This document shows positions 38,898 through 49,675 of a stretch of 64,000 nt of DNA, piece by piece. Location of the stretch: positions 3,936,001-4,000,000 of the forward strand of contig CBDFJF010000002.1 in assembly GCA_965248265.1 (NCBI GenBank). The letters are read 5' to 3'. Under the pieces are notes generated by a model that saw only the letters and a program-made list of their open reading frames with translations, ran no database searches and had not been told where the DNA came from. The DNA is from Candidatus Latescibacterota bacterium. GTDB lineage: Bacteria > Latescibacterota > UBA2968 > UBA8231. Made by a program: the position numbers and the translations under genes. How positions within the stretch are numbered: position 1 is the stretch's first letter; each line of letters begins with the position of its first letter.

Positions 38898-39896
38898 ATG
38901 TCAGCGACCTTTTTGGAGCGATTGCAGCGTCCGGAGCCGATCGTCTACGACGGCGGTTTCGGCACGGAGCTATTCGCCCGCAGTGTGGAACTGACCAACA
39001 GTTCCCTCGCCTGCGAGCGCAACCCGGACGCCGTTCTGGACATCCACCAGGCCTACCTCAATGCTGGCGCCGAACTCATTCACACCAACACCTTCGTGGC
39101 CTCGTCACTGCACCTGGAGATGGCCGACGCCGAGGCCGACAGCTCCCAGATCGCCGCACGCGCCGCCCAGCTGGCAAAACAGGCCGTTGCGGAGATCGAC
39201 TCCCCTGCCTGGGTAGCCGGCAGCCTGGGGCCTTCTCCGGGCGCCATCGAGGCCGACAGCGGCGATACCGTGTTCGGAATTCCCGATGACAAAGTGCGCC
39301 AGGCCCACACTCAGGTGGCCGCCACCTTGGCCGGTGAAGGCGTCGACATGTTCGTCATCGAGACCATGTTCTCAGCCAAGGAGGCCGCCATCGCCGTGGA
39401 CGTCGCGCGACCACACGGCCTGCCGATCGCCCTGAATCTCACCTACAAGTACACGAAGGACCGCAAGAGCGGGGACATCATCTACCGCACGGATTGGGGT
39501 CATTCGGCCGCCGACCTGTTGGACATTCTGGCGGGTGGAGAGATGGCCGACGGTGAAAACCTGCTCGATGCAGTCACTATTTTTGGACTCAACTGCGGTG
39601 CCGAACAGAGCCGCACCGAACACACTGGCATGCGCTACGCCGTGACCGGTATCCAGCAGCTTTCCCAAGCGCTCCAGGAGCGCGGTCTCACCGACAAACA
39701 CATGATGGCCTTTCCCAATGCCGGCATGCCCGCCCTGGTGAAAGGGGTCCCCGTGTACTCCGAAACACCCGAAACCATGGTCGCCTTGGTGCCCGATCTA
39801 GTAGACGCAGGGGCATCCATCGTCGGTGGTTGTTGTGGCACCACGCCCGAACATATCAGGACATTCAAAACGGCGCTCGCCGACGTCAGCCATTGA
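38898..39896 (+). CDS. Homocysteine S-methyltransferase domain protein
   Basis: DGGFGTEL, TNTF, AGSLGP, IET, GLNC, PNAG, GGCCGTTPEHI. Confidence 0.92.
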   Translation: MSATFLERLQRPEPIVYDGGFGTELFARSVELTNSSLACERNPDAVLDIHQAYLNAGAELIHTNTFVASSLHLEMADAEADSSQIAARAAQLAKQAVAEIDSPAWVAGSLGPSPGAIEADSGDTVFGIPDDKVRQAHTQVAATLAGEGVDMFVIETMFSAKEAAIAVDVARPHGLPIALNLTYKYTKDRKSGDIIYRTDWGHSAADLLDILAGGEMADGENLLDAVTIFGLNCGAEQSRTEHTGMRYAVTGIQQLSQALQERGLTDKHMMAFPNAGMPALVKGVPVYSETPETMVALVPDLVDAGASIVGGCCGTTPEHIRTFKTALADVSH

Positions 39897-39944
39897 TTCG
39901 GTAACGTCGCCCAGGCTGGCGACAACGACTGTTTGAGGCACACT

Positions 39945-40211
39945 ATGGCGGAGTACCAGGTACTGTATTGGCGTGAGATTCCCGCTCAGGTACGGGTTTT
40001 CGAAGGCCGCAGGCCGGTGTCGGCGAAGATGCCGGACCGTTTCCAGGATGAGATTGACCGCATCGCCATGGAGGAGGGCCTCGAGGGCTCGGATGATTAC
40101 CTGGACCAATGGAAATGGACGAAGAGGCTAGAGCGCCCCGGGACGGTGGAAGAGGTCATGACAGCGCTGCTGCAGGAACTGGAAGAGGAGCATGACAACC
40201 GCGATGTATGA
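39945..40211 (+). CDS. 'Virulence factor' family small protein (methyl-transfer-cluster associated)
   Basis: YWREIPAQV...[11 protein letters not shown]...DYLDQW. Confidence 0.8.
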   Translation: MAEYQVLYWREIPAQVRVFEGRRPVSAKMPDRFQDEIDRIAMEEGLEGSDDYLDQWKWTKRLERPGTVEEVMTALLQELEEEHDNRDV

Positions 40212-42084
40212 TGTCATCGTGGTCGGGGGCGGCCACGCGGGCACGGAGGCAGCCCTGGCCGCCGCCCGTATGGGAGCGCAGACCCTGCTGCTGACGATGA
40301 ACGTCGATACCATCGGCCAGATGTCTTGCAACCCGGCCATCGGCGGGATCGGCAAAGGGCACCTCGTCAAAGAGATCGATGCGCTCGGTGGCGAAATGGC
40401 CGTCAACACGGATCGCTCCGGCATCCAGTTCAGGCGCCTGAACATGAGTAAGGGCCCCGCCGTGAGGGCTTCGCGGGCCCAATGCGACAAGAAGGCCTAC
40501 CAGTTCGAGATGAAATACGCCTGCGAGGGACAGGACCATCTTGACGTCCGTCAGGGGATGATGGAGCAACTGGTGATCGTGGATGGAAGGGTCACCGGTA
40601 TCGTTCTCAAGGGTGGCATGCGTTATGATGGCCGCTCCGTGATCCTGACGACGGGGACGTTCCTGCGGGGCAAGATCCACGTCGGAGATTTTACCTACAG
40701 CGCTGGACGCGCCGGCGAAACCTCAGCGGAACGCGCCTCCGAAGGCCTGATTGGGCTGGGCTTCGAGATCGGACGCCTGAAGACGGGTACACCACCGCGC
40801 GTCAACGGCCGCTCCGTCGACTACGATGCCATGGAGATTCAGCCCGGAGATCATCCACCACGGACGTTCTCGTATGAGCTGGATCAGCCCATCCTGGACC
40901 AGGTCCCCTGTTGGATCACCTACACGAATTCCCGTACCCACCAGATGATCCGCGACAACCTCGAGCGCTCCGCCATGTACAGCGGCCGGATTGCGGGTGT
41001 GGGGCCGCGTTATTGTCCCTCCATCGAGGACAAGATCGTCAAGTTCAGCGAGCGTGAGCGTCATCAGGTGTTCGTCGAGCCGGAAGGCCTGCGGACACAC
41101 GAGTGCTACATCAACGGGTTGTCGATGAGCCTCCCAGAGGAGCTTCAGACCGACATCTTGCGCACTCTTCCGGGCCTTGAGCGGGCTCAGATCATGCGGC
41201 CTGCATATGCCGTGGAGTACGACTACGCGACACCGACTCAATTGTTACCCTGGTTGGAAACCAAACGCGTACCTGGACTCTACTTTGCCGGTCAAATCAA
41301 CGGCACAACCGGTTACGAGGAAGCTGCAGCTCAGGGATTGATGGCGGGCGTCAATGCCGTGCTTCGAGTGCGGGGAGAGGAACCGTTCATTCTCGATCGA
41401 GCCAGCGCCTACATCGGCGTGCTCATCGATGATCTGGTCACCAAAGGCACGCAGGAACCGTACCGGATTTTCACGTCACGAGCCGAATACCGCCTGTTGT
41501 TGAGGGAAGACAACGCCGATTATCGGCTGATGGAACAGGGACGGCAGTTGGGGTTGGTCAAGGATGCGGTGTGGGCGTCCTTCACTCAAAAAAAACAGGC
41601 AGTGAGCTCGGAACTGGAACGACTCGAGCAGGTCAGAGTGCGTTCATCACAGCTGCTTACAGAGGTGCTCGAACGAGCGGGATCCGCACCCATCAAGGAG
41701 GCGACTCTTCTGGTTGAGTTGCTGCGCCGCCCCCATGTCACCTACCAGGACCTGGTCCGCATCGCGCCTCCGACAACACCGCTTTCGCCAGAGGCCGCCG
41801 AACATGTGGAAGCGGAGGTCAAGTACAGCGGCTACATCCAGCGTCAGTTGACGGAGGTAGACAAACTCAAGCGCCTGGAAGGCATGGCCATCCCCGACGA
41901 TTTCGACTATGAGGATGAAGGAGCTCAACTATCGACTGAAGGTCGGCAAAAGCTGGCCGCGATCCGGCCGCACTCTCTGGGTCAGGCCTCTCGGATTTCC
42001 GGAGTTTCGCAGGCCGATTTGTCGTCCCTGATGGTCCTGCTGCATGCCCGGCGCTCTCCTGAGACCATCAAAACAAGCGCTTGA
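40192..42084 (+). CDS. mnmG: tRNA uridine-5-carboxymethylaminomethyl synthesis enzyme
   Basis: [54 protein letters not shown]. Confidence 0.98.
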   Translation: MTTAMYDVIVVGGGHAGTEAALAAARMGAQTLLLTMNVDTIGQMSCNPAIGGIGKGHLVKEIDALGGEMAVNTDRSGIQFRRLNMSKGPAVRASRAQCDKKAYQFEMKYACEGQDHLDVRQGMMEQLVIVDGRVTGIVLKGGMRYDGRSVILTTGTFLRGKIHVGDFTYSAGRAGETSAERASEGLIGLGFEIGRLKTGTPPRVNGRSVDYDAMEIQPGDHPPRTFSYELDQPILDQVPCWITYTNSRTHQMIRDNLERSAMYSGRIAGVGPRYCPSIEDKIVKFSERERHQVFVEPEGLRTHECYINGLSMSLPEELQTDILRTLPGLERAQIMRPAYAVEYDYATPTQLLPWLETKRVPGLYFAGQINGTTGYEEAAAQGLMAGVNAVLRVRGEEPFILDRASAYIGVLIDDLVTKGTQEPYRIFTSRAEYRLLLREDNADYRLMEQGRQLGLVKDAVWASFTQKKQAVSSELERLEQVRVRSSQLLTEVLERAGSAPIKEATLLVELLRRPHVTYQDLVRIAPPTTPLSPEAAEHVEAEVKYSGYIQRQLTEVDKLKRLEGMAIPDDFDYEDEGAQLSTEGRQKLAAIRPHSLGQASRISGVSQADLSSLMVLLHARRSPETIKTSA

Positions 42085-42096
42085 TGGGCGAGGCTA

Positions 42097-43218
42097 TCAA
42101 TCCTCGGTTTTCACCTTGAGGGTTTGCGAGTCCTGACGGATTACCCAGCGGCTGATCTGTCCGTCCTCGTGCAGATCGATCACCTCCTCGAGCCAGGCTT
42201 CGAATCCATAGTCCCCGATCGACAGCTCGGGAGGCCACAGGAAATTGCGCAGGATTCGGTGCTCGATACCGAGTGAATCGAGGTGCACGGTATAGGCCCC
42301 GGTCTCTCGTCTGAACTCCCTTTGTCGATAGTAGATCTCACGCAGGATGCGCTTGGCCTCCTCCTCGGGTGGCATGGCGGCCTCCACCGAGCCGGAGCCG
42401 GCGGTTATCTCGGAAAAGTGAATGAACCCCCACAACTCCGGATAGTGCATGTCGACGACCCCCTGAGGTGACCACGCCCAGGTCTCCTCGTGCCGCCCCG
42501 CCATCTTCTCATACCCCCTGCCCTCCACGTCCGCCTCCACACTCCACTCCACCCGCGAGAAATTCATTCGCCAGTAATCGCCGTTGCGCGGCGGCGCCCG
42601 CCGGTGAGCGCCCTGCTTGAGGGCAGACCAGGGAATGGCCATCTCCAGCGACCAGCCTTCGTCAAGATCCCTGCCGTCGTTTACCGTGCCCCAGATCATC
42701 ACTCCGGTTTTCAGCCCTGACAAGTCACTGGCAGTCACCGAGGCCCCGCCATCCCTGGGTGGCCGTACAAGAAACTGGTCCCAGACCGTGCCGAGGGCAT
42801 TGACCTCCAACTCCCAGTATCCATGGGTGTCTCCGTCCGCATCGATGAACACCTCAAAATCGTTATCGTGGTAGATCGTCGCGTCTCTCTCACTGAGAGT
42901 GGCCCACACATGAGGCTCCTCGATGTCGGCAGCCAGGTAGAGAAACTGGTCATCCCAGACCAGCTTGACCCTGGTCCGAAGGCGCGGCCCAGTTCCCTTT
43001 CCCTCGATATTGGCGAAATCCTCCGTCCACTCTGCACGCTGCCAGGAAGGCTCATCGAGATGCCCGTCCACCTCAATGGAACCGCCGGCCCGGTAGCTGA
43101 CGTATGCCCGGGGTTCGATCACAGTCAGCGGATGCGGAACAGTGGTTCCCATCACTGGCATCACCACCACGCCAAGCCACACGAGCACTCCGATGGCCAT
43201 TCGACTTGCAATCAGCAT
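42097..43218 (-). CDS. Secreted carbohydrate-binding family 9-like protein
   Basis: Signal peptide; DGHLDEPSW, WDDQFLY, DNDFEVFID, WRMNFSRV, MHYPELWG. Confidence 0.85.
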   Translation of the reverse strand: MLIASRMAIGVLVWLGVVVMPVMGTTVPHPLTVIEPRAYVSYRAGGSIEVDGHLDEPSWQRAEWTEDFANIEGKGTGPRLRTRVKLVWDDQFLYLAADIEEPHVWATLSERDATIYHDNDFEVFIDADGDTHGYWELEVNALGTVWDQFLVRPPRDGGASVTASDLSGLKTGVMIWGTVNDGRDLDEGWSLEMAIPWSALKQGAHRRAPPRNGDYWRMNFSRVEWSVEADVEGRGYEKMAGRHEETWAWSPQGVVDMHYPELWGFIHFSEITAGSGSVEAAMPPEEEAKRILREIYYRQREFRRETGAYTVHLDSLGIEHRILRNFLWPPELSIGDYGFEAWLEEVIDLHEDGQISRWVIRQDSQTLKVKTED

Positions 43219-43241
43219 GCTGATCCATCCATTCTTTGACC

Positions 43242-43277
43242 CGACAACCCGTTGTCGACCATGACAACCCGTTGTCG
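43242..43277. promoter_or_regulatory. Tandem palindromic operator-like sites
   Basis: CGACAACCCGTTGTCG (43242-43257) and TGACAACCCGTTGTCG (43262-43277), between divergent genes. Confidence 0.6.
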
Positions 43278-43532
43278 TTCGACGTCAGTTCCTCGACACG
43301 TGCCCGATAATATACAAAGCCGCGGCCATCCGGCTTTCGCACCTCTCGCCGCAACTGCTGAGCAGCCTTATACTTGCGTTCGCCGGCCCCTTGCGAAGGC
43401 AGCACCAGTTCAGTTAATTATCTGGTTGATCCATCTGCTCGGATCGCACACGGGACAGCCTTTCTGAGTCGGTTTTTCACTGACGGAATGTCTGCAGGTA
43501 AGCTCCTCGCATCGACGAGGAGGAGGAATTTT

Positions 43533-44183
43533 GTGTACCTAATACTGCTCGGCGCACCAGGCTCTGGCAAGGGAACGCAGGCCGAACGCATGGTGGCCGA
43601 ATTCGACCTCGTCCACATCTCCACCGGGGACATGCTTCGTCAGGCGATCGCGGCCGGCACTAACCTGGGCGAGTTGATCGGGCACTACCTCAAAGCCGGC
43701 TATCTGGTACCCGATCATCACGTCACCAGCCTGGTCGATCAGCGCCTCGCGAGAGCCGACATCAACAACGGCTTCATCCTCGACGGCTTCCCCCGAACGG
43801 TGCGTCAGGCCGAGAGCCTGGATGAGATCCTGCGCCTGCGCGAAATCGTCCTGGACGCAGTCGCCCTGATCGACGTACCGGACGAAATCGTCGTCGAACG
43901 CATGTCAGGCAGGCGCATAGACCCGCAGACGGGACGCATCTACAATCTCAGCATGGACGCCGACCCACCCCCGGCCGACGTCTTGACGAGGTTGGAGAAA
44001 CGGGACGACGACAGCGAGGATGTGATCAGGCACCGCCTGACCACCTTCCACCTCCAGACGGACCCCGTCGTTTCCTTTTATGAAGCTCGCGGCAACCTGC
44101 TCCGAGTCGACGGCACTCAGGCGCCCGATACCGTGTTCGACGCCTTGACCAGCCAGATACAGCCCGTACCGAAACAACCTTAG
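43533..44183 (+). CDS. adk: Adenylate kinase
   Basis: GAPGSGKGTQ, HISTGDMLR, LDGFPRT, RDDD; GTG start after AGGAGG. Confidence 0.96.
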   Translation: MYLILLGAPGSGKGTQAERMVAEFDLVHISTGDMLRQAIAAGTNLGELIGHYLKAGYLVPDHHVTSLVDQRLARADINNGFILDGFPRTVRQAESLDEILRLREIVLDAVALIDVPDEIVVERMSGRRIDPQTGRIYNLSMDADPPPADVLTRLEKRDDDSEDVIRHRLTTFHLQTDPVVSFYEARGNLLRVDGTQAPDTVFDALTSQIQPVPKQP

Positions 44184-44194
44184 CGTCCACGTCC

Positions 44195-44527
44195 ATGAGT
44201 GCTCCTCTCACTGAAGACAAGATCGAACTCTACAGAGCTGGTGTGACGAAGTTCACCCGCCAGGAATACGATGCTGCTCTGGAAGATCTACGTCGGGCCA
44301 TTGAGATCGATCCCGAGTTCGGCGACGCTCACCAGGCCATCGCCCACGTGCACGAAAAGCTCGAGAATTTTGACGATGCACTGGAGGCCGCAAAGAAGGC
44401 GGTTGCCTGTAACCCCGATGACGCTCTCGCCTACACCAGCCTGTCGATGTGTTTCCAGCGCAAAGGCATGATTCCCGAAGCTGAAGCAGCCATGGCCCAG
44501 GCCGCGCAGCTGCACCCCCAGGACTGA
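44195..44527 (+). CDS. TPR-repeat protein
   Basis: A..DLRRAIEIDP and AKKAVACNP repeats. Confidence 0.88.
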   Translation: MSAPLTEDKIELYRAGVTKFTRQEYDAALEDLRRAIEIDPEFGDAHQAIAHVHEKLENFDDALEAAKKAVACNPDDALAYTSLSMCFQRKGMIPEAEAAMAQAAQLHPQD

Positions 44528-44545
44528 CCTTTCGGCGACCGCGCC

Positions 44546-45634
44546 GTGACCGTTCCCGTCTCTACCACCGCTGCCCAGTACGATTCGATCGAGATCGGAC
44601 CCCACCGGCTCACTCCACTGCAGCCGGGTATGCCGGTACTGACCCTGGCTCCCCTTGCCGGCGTCGGCAACTGGGTATTCCGGCTGATCTGTGCCCGGCT
44701 CGGCGCGCGCATGGTTGGCGTCGAATTCATCAACTGTCGGACTATTGCAGAGAATTCCCGCCGGAGTCAACGGCTGCTTGATTTTACGGACGCCCAGATT
44801 TACGCGGAGTCGGGCATGTCCGTGCTCGCCGCGCAGATATACGGCAATGACATCGAATTGATTGCGCTGGGTGCCAGGCGCATGCAGGAGGAGGGCGCTC
44901 AAGTCGTAGACATCAACTTTGGCTGTTCGGTCCCCTACATCGTCAACAAGGGGTGCGGGGCAGCCTATCTTCGCGACCTCGACCTGCTCTACCGGGCCGT
45001 GCACAGCACGGTGAAGGCAGTCGACGTTCCCGTTATCGTCAAAACCCGGATCGGTTGGGATGAAGACTCCATCAACATTCTCGAAGTGATCAAGCGCGTG
45101 GAAGATGCGGGAGCCAAAGCGATCTCCATCCATGCCCGTACCGTGGTGCAAAGCTACCGGGGCAAGGCTGACTGGGACTGGATCGGACGGGCCGTGGAGG
45201 CGGCAAGTATTCCCGTCTTCGGCAACGGCGATGTCCAGGCGTACCAGGACGCGGTTCGATTGCAGCAGCAAACCGGATGCGACGGTGTGATGATCGGCCG
45301 CGCCGCCATGGCCAATCCCTGGATCTTTGCCAAACGGGATGGCTCGACCTGCGCCGAGCGCATCGACCTCGCGATCGAGCAATTGCGACTGATGTCCCGC
45401 TATCGCGGGGAACGCCTTGGGGTATTGGAGAGCCGCAAGCACCTTGCTCTGTATTTTCGAGGACTCGGGCGCAACTCGGCACTGAGACGCCGCCTGCTGA
45501 GCATTCCGTCGCTGCCTGATCTGCTCGATTTCCTGTGCTCGTGGCGCGAATCCCTCGATGGACAGGAAGAGGAAACCGATTTACGACTGTCAACCCGCGA
45601 AGCGGGAGACCTGGCCTGGGGAGGAACCGGATGA
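44546..45634 (+). CDS. tRNA-dihydrouridine synthase (DusB-like)
   Basis: LAPLAG, DINFGC, VKTRIGW, IHART, GNGD, GVMIGR..MANPW. Confidence 0.92.
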   Translation: MTVPVSTTAAQYDSIEIGPHRLTPLQPGMPVLTLAPLAGVGNWVFRLICARLGARMVGVEFINCRTIAENSRRSQRLLDFTDAQIYAESGMSVLAAQIYGNDIELIALGARRMQEEGAQVVDINFGCSVPYIVNKGCGAAYLRDLDLLYRAVHSTVKAVDVPVIVKTRIGWDEDSINILEVIKRVEDAGAKAISIHARTVVQSYRGKADWDWIGRAVEAASIPVFGNGDVQAYQDAVRLQQQTGCDGVMIGRAAMANPWIFAKRDGSTCAERIDLAIEQLRLMSRYRGERLGVLESRKHLALYFRGLGRNSALRRRLLSIPSLPDLLDFLCSWRESLDGQEEETDLRLSTREAGDLAWGGTG

Positions 45635-46107
45635 TGGCACGTGCTTTCTTGATGCTCTTGCTCTTTACTCTTGGGTGCGACCAGCAACCGGCTGCTACCA
45701 CCATATCCATCAAGGTGTTCCCTGCCACCTTGGCACCGGATCCACTAGCGGAACCGGCCACAGGTTGGAGCCGCATCGAATTCGCCGGCGGACCTCGAGG
45801 ACGGGCTGGAGTGTATGACCTCGCCCCCGAACCGATCATCACAGGCTGGAACATCCTGACGTTCAGGGGAGCCTCGCAACCGGATGGCAGCATGGCCGTC
45901 GTGGCCAGACTAAACGCCTACGGCAAGAACAAGATGAAGGCCTACAGCAACGATCCGGCTAACATGAAAAAGCCGTTGGTCGTGAACGTCGATGGGCGAT
46001 GGGCGGACGTTTACACATTGCTGACGAAGGTCACCGATCGCATGACCATCTACGGCTTCACTCCCGAAGAAGTCGAGCGCCTGAAGAAACACCTCGCGAC
46101 GAGGTAA
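45631..46107 (+). CDS. Lipoprotein, possibly SecDF P1-head-like
   Basis: Lipobox TLGC; KPLVVNVDG...TIYGFTPEEVERL. Confidence 0.6.
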   Translation: MMARAFLMLLLFTLGCDQQPAATTISIKVFPATLAPDPLAEPATGWSRIEFAGGPRGRAGVYDLAPEPIITGWNILTFRGASQPDGSMAVVARLNAYGKNKMKAYSNDPANMKKPLVVNVDGRWADVYTLLTKVTDRMTIYGFTPEEVERLKKHLATR

Positions 46108-46131
46108 CGACCCACCTACGGTGGGCTCCAC

Positions 46132-47727
46132 CTACAGCGGGATGTACTCGAAGTAGTCGAAGTCGGCGTAGCCGCTCTCGGTGGCACCGCTGCTGCTCGC
46201 GTACATGCCGGTGTAGGCGCCGACAAAGCCACCCGCTACGGGCGTGCTGAGTATCCTGCCATCTACGCCCCGCGCAACTGCTTTCCACGTTCCTTCGTCG
46301 GCGTCGGCGTAGAAGAAATCGTATGCCTGGCCGTGCGCTTCGACTCTTAAGAGGTGTACCGAACCCGCTACGGACAGACCGGCGATCTTCTCTTCTCCGT
46401 CTCCATCACGCGCGTCCCGTCGCATCAGACACATCTCCGATTGGCCGGCCGTGGCGGCCACCAGGACGAAGGCGTAGTAGTAGTCGCTGCTCTGTCTCAG
46501 CACCAGACCGGCGACATCAGCTGGCTCCTGTGGAATGAATTCCATCTTCACGCACACGGCGAAATCGATGTGTCGTTGGCGCTGACCGATGAAGGCCGGA
46601 TGCGCCACCTCCCGCAGCGTCGCGGGCCGCAGCTTCAAGCGCAGGTGCCCGGGACGTTCCTCCAGACTCCAGAAACGGTCTCCCCCGGGGTTGCGGATGA
46701 AGTTCCAGCACAGAGCCAGCTCGTACGTATCGAAGTGATCGCAGGTCGGCTCACAAGGCCAGCTCTGCTCGGGCAGATCAGGCGCCTCGTACTCGAACTC
46801 AACGCGTCCACTGGCTGGACTGACGAGAGGCCAGCCGTCGTGCCACTGGACTGGCAGCAGAAATGTTTCACGCCCCAGGTTGTAGAAGTAGCCACCATAT
46901 GGACGAGAGGCGAGGACGACCATCCACCATTGGCCAGTTGAGGTGTCGACAAGATCTCCGTGTCCTGGATTGGTTATCGGGTGTTGATCAGGATCCAGAT
47001 GGCGATGCGTCAGGATGGGATTGCCGGGACTACCCTCATACGGTCCCTCGACGCTCTCGGCGCGTGCCACCGTGATCGCGTGATGGTGATAGGTACCCCC
47101 TTCCGCGATTATCAGATAGTACGTGCCATTCACCTTGTATATGTGCGGCGCTTCTGGCGTACTGGCTTCCTTGAGAGCTCCACTCCATAGCGCGACCCTC
47201 TCCCCCACCAGGCACATACGGTGATAGTCGAACTGCTGCAGCCATATCTCGCGGTAGCCCTCGTAGGGGGGACTCTCGACGCGTCTATTGGCCGTGTACC
47301 AGGCGCGACCGTCGTCATCGAAAAACAGGGACGGGGCAATGACCCCCGGCTCGTCCTCAAGGACGTGCAGCTCCGACCAGTCGCCTGCAGGATCCTTGGC
47401 AGTGACGACAAAGTTCAGATCGGCGAAGGCATGTCCGCGTTGCTCTCTCCTCGTCGTCACCATGTAGAACACACCGTCGTGATGGCGAATGGTGGGTGCG
47501 AAGATGCCCTGCGATGGCAGCGAATGGGTGAGGTCGAGTTGGGTTGGCCGGTCGAGCACATGACCCTGTTGCCGCCAGTGGACGAGGTCCCGGCTGTGAA
47601 ACAGCGGCACGCCCGGAAAATACTCGAATGAGGAAGTAACGAGGAAATAGTCGTCGTCGACCCGGCAGACGGATGGATCCGGATAAAAGCCGGGAAGTAC
47701 GGGATTGCGGAAAGATCTCGAGGCCAT
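46132..47727 (-). CDS. Glycoside hydrolase family 43 (xylosidase/arabinofuranosidase-like)
   Basis: NPVLPGFYPDPS, SSFEYFPG, FAP, PEAPH, GHGDL, LGRET. Confidence 0.93.
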   Translation of the reverse strand: MASRSFRNPVLPGFYPDPSVCRVDDDYFLVTSSFEYFPGVPLFHSRDLVHWRQQGHVLDRPTQLDLTHSLPSQGIFAPTIRHHDGVFYMVTTRREQRGHAFADLNFVVTAKDPAGDWSELHVLEDEPGVIAPSLFFDDDGRAWYTANRRVESPPYEGYREIWLQQFDYHRMCLVGERVALWSGALKEASTPEAPHIYKVNGTYYLIIAEGGTYHHHAITVARAESVEGPYEGSPGNPILTHRHLDPDQHPITNPGHGDLVDTSTGQWWMVVLASRPYGGYFYNLGRETFLLPVQWHDGWPLVSPASGRVEFEYEAPDLPEQSWPCEPTCDHFDTYELALCWNFIRNPGGDRFWSLEERPGHLRLKLRPATLREVAHPAFIGQRQRHIDFAVCVKMEFIPQEPADVAGLVLRQSSDYYYAFVLVAATAGQSEMCLMRRDARDGDGEEKIAGLSVAGSVHLLRVEAHGQAYDFFYADADEGTWKAVARGVDGRILSTPVAGGFVGAYTGMYASSSGATESGYADFDYFEYIPL

Positions 47728-47918
47728 GTTGGGGTCGAAGATACGCTGCCATCGCAAATGAACACCACCCGGACACCGGGGTTGACTCCCTGGATTCCCT
47801 GAGATATACTCGCCGCCTCTGCGCAAGACAGGCCACTCATTCAGCCATTCCCTCTCACACACATGAATCCGCCTTTTCTTTCTGCTGATCCACAGATTTC
47901 CGTGGTCCTGAGCCGGCC

Positions 47919-49148
47919 ATGACCGACATGCGATTCGACCTGCTGCTCAAGGGCGGCCACGTCATCGACCCCAGGAACGCCGTCGATGGTCCCCTGGATG
48001 TGGCCATCGAGGGCGGAACCATCGCAGCCATCGATGCGGACATCCCAGCCTCGAAGGCATCCACCTGCATCGACGTATCGGGCCTACACGTTACACCCGG
48101 ACTGGTAGACATTCACACCCACATGTACGCGACGGCGGACAACCCTGATGGCTGGGCGGGTGATAAGAGCATTCTCCCTGACGGTTTCAGCTTTCGCAGC
48201 GGTGTGACCACGATGGTCGATACGGGCAGCGCCGGCTGGCGCAATCTCGATGATTTCCGCAACAGAGTCATCGACCGCTGCGCTACGCGGGCTTACGCCT
48301 TCGTCAACATCGTCGGCCTCGGTATGGTCAACCCCACCTCGGAGCAGAACGACGCCGACATGGATTGCGATCGCACGGCCGCCGCGGCAAGAGACCACGA
48401 GGGCGTCTGCGTCGGCATCAAGACGGCCCACTACCTCAGTCCTGAGTGGACTTCCGTCGACCGTACACTGGAAGCGGGTGAGCTGGCCGGCTTGCCAATC
48501 ATGGTCGACTTCGGACTTTTCAAGCGCCAGCGCCCCTACCATGAGCTGGTCGGAGAGCGTCTCAGGTCCGGCGACATCTCTACTCACATGTACCGGGGTC
48601 CTGTAGCTTGCACGGACCGGGATGGCCGGGTTCTGCCCTACCTTCACGCCGCCCGGGAGCGTGGCGTCCTGTTCGATGTCGGGCACGGTGCCGGCAGCTT
48701 CGTTTTCGAGAACGCGGTCCCGTGCGTGAAGCAGGGTTGGTACCCCGACTCCATATCGACGGACCTGCATGTGCACAGCATGAACACGGGCATGCTGGAC
48801 ATGACGACGACGATGTCCAAGTTCCTGGTGATGGGCATGTCGCTGCAATCGGTGGTGCAGAAGTCGACGATCGATGCGGCTCGGGTCATCGACCGCACCC
48901 AGCACGGTCATCTGAGTGTGGGCGCTGCCGCCGACGTCGCCGTGCTGCGGGTGTTGAATGGATCCTTCGGCTTCACCGATTCGTTTGGCGGCTACCTGGC
49001 GGGAGATCGCCGCCTGGCCTGTGAGTTGACCCTGAAAGACGGTGAGGTCGTGTTTGACTGGAATGGGTACTCCGGGATCGATTACCGGAAAATGCCCACA
49101 CCCGTCGGCGTGCGCGACGCCGAAGAGCGCCTGGCACCGCCTGCCTGA
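47919..49148 (+). CDS. Amidohydrolase/deacetylase family metallohydrolase (dihydroorotase-like)
   Basis: PGLVDIHTH, GVTT..D.GS, THMY, FDVGHGAGS, ISTDLH. Confidence 0.9.
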   Translation: MTDMRFDLLLKGGHVIDPRNAVDGPLDVAIEGGTIAAIDADIPASKASTCIDVSGLHVTPGLVDIHTHMYATADNPDGWAGDKSILPDGFSFRSGVTTMVDTGSAGWRNLDDFRNRVIDRCATRAYAFVNIVGLGMVNPTSEQNDADMDCDRTAAAARDHEGVCVGIKTAHYLSPEWTSVDRTLEAGELAGLPIMVDFGLFKRQRPYHELVGERLRSGDISTHMYRGPVACTDRDGRVLPYLHAARERGVLFDVGHGAGSFVFENAVPCVKQGWYPDSISTDLHVHSMNTGMLDMTTTMSKFLVMGMSLQSVVQKSTIDAARVIDRTQHGHLSVGAAADVAVLRVLNGSFGFTDSFGGYLAGDRRLACELTLKDGEVVFDWNGYSGIDYRKMPTPVGVRDAEERLAPPA

Positions 49149-49220
49149 GCGACTACCTCCCGGCGGGTGAAGACGAGCGCCGGGTCGAATCATCTTTCCA
49201 TCCAGGAAGCGAGGACCAGG

Positions 49221-49673
49221 ATGATTGAATTTCTGACTCAACATTACCTGACATTGAAGGCCCTTCATCTCATTTTCGTGATCTCGTGGATGGCCGGCCT
49301 GCTCTATTTGCCCAGACTGTACGTCTATCACACGCAGGTGACGACCGGCTCGGAAGCCTCGGAAAAGTTCAAGGTGATGGAGCGCCGGTTGCTGCGAGCG
49401 ATCATCAATCCCGCGGGTATCGTCGTCTTCATAAGCGGTATTCTCCTGATCATGGCCACTGGGGCAGGGGCGCCGGGCACCGGAGCCTGGATTCACGCCA
49501 AGATCGTCCTAGTCCTCATTCTCGGTGGCCTGCACGGGGCCATGTCCAAGTTCCGCAAGGAGTTTGAGCGGGATGAGCGGCGGCGCAGTGAGCGATTCTT
49601 CCGATTCCTGAACGAAGGTCCGACCCTGCTGATGGTGGCCATCATCTTTCTCGCCGTCCTGAAGCCGTTCTAA
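49221..49673 (+). CDS. hemJ: Protoporphyrinogen oxidase HemJ
   Basis: KALHLIFVISWMAGLLYLPRLYVYH, MERRL, NEGPT, KPF. Confidence 0.93.
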   Translation: MIEFLTQHYLTLKALHLIFVISWMAGLLYLPRLYVYHTQVTTGSEASEKFKVMERRLLRAIINPAGIVVFISGILLIMATGAGAPGTGAWIHAKIVLVLILGGLHGAMSKFRKEFERDERRRSERFFRFLNEGPTLLMVAIIFLAVLKPF

Positions 49674-49675
49674 AC

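Noticed and set aside
39945-40211. Pathogenicity role for the 'virulence factor' family gene
   Set aside because: The family name is historical; the context here is folate/corrinoid metabolism.
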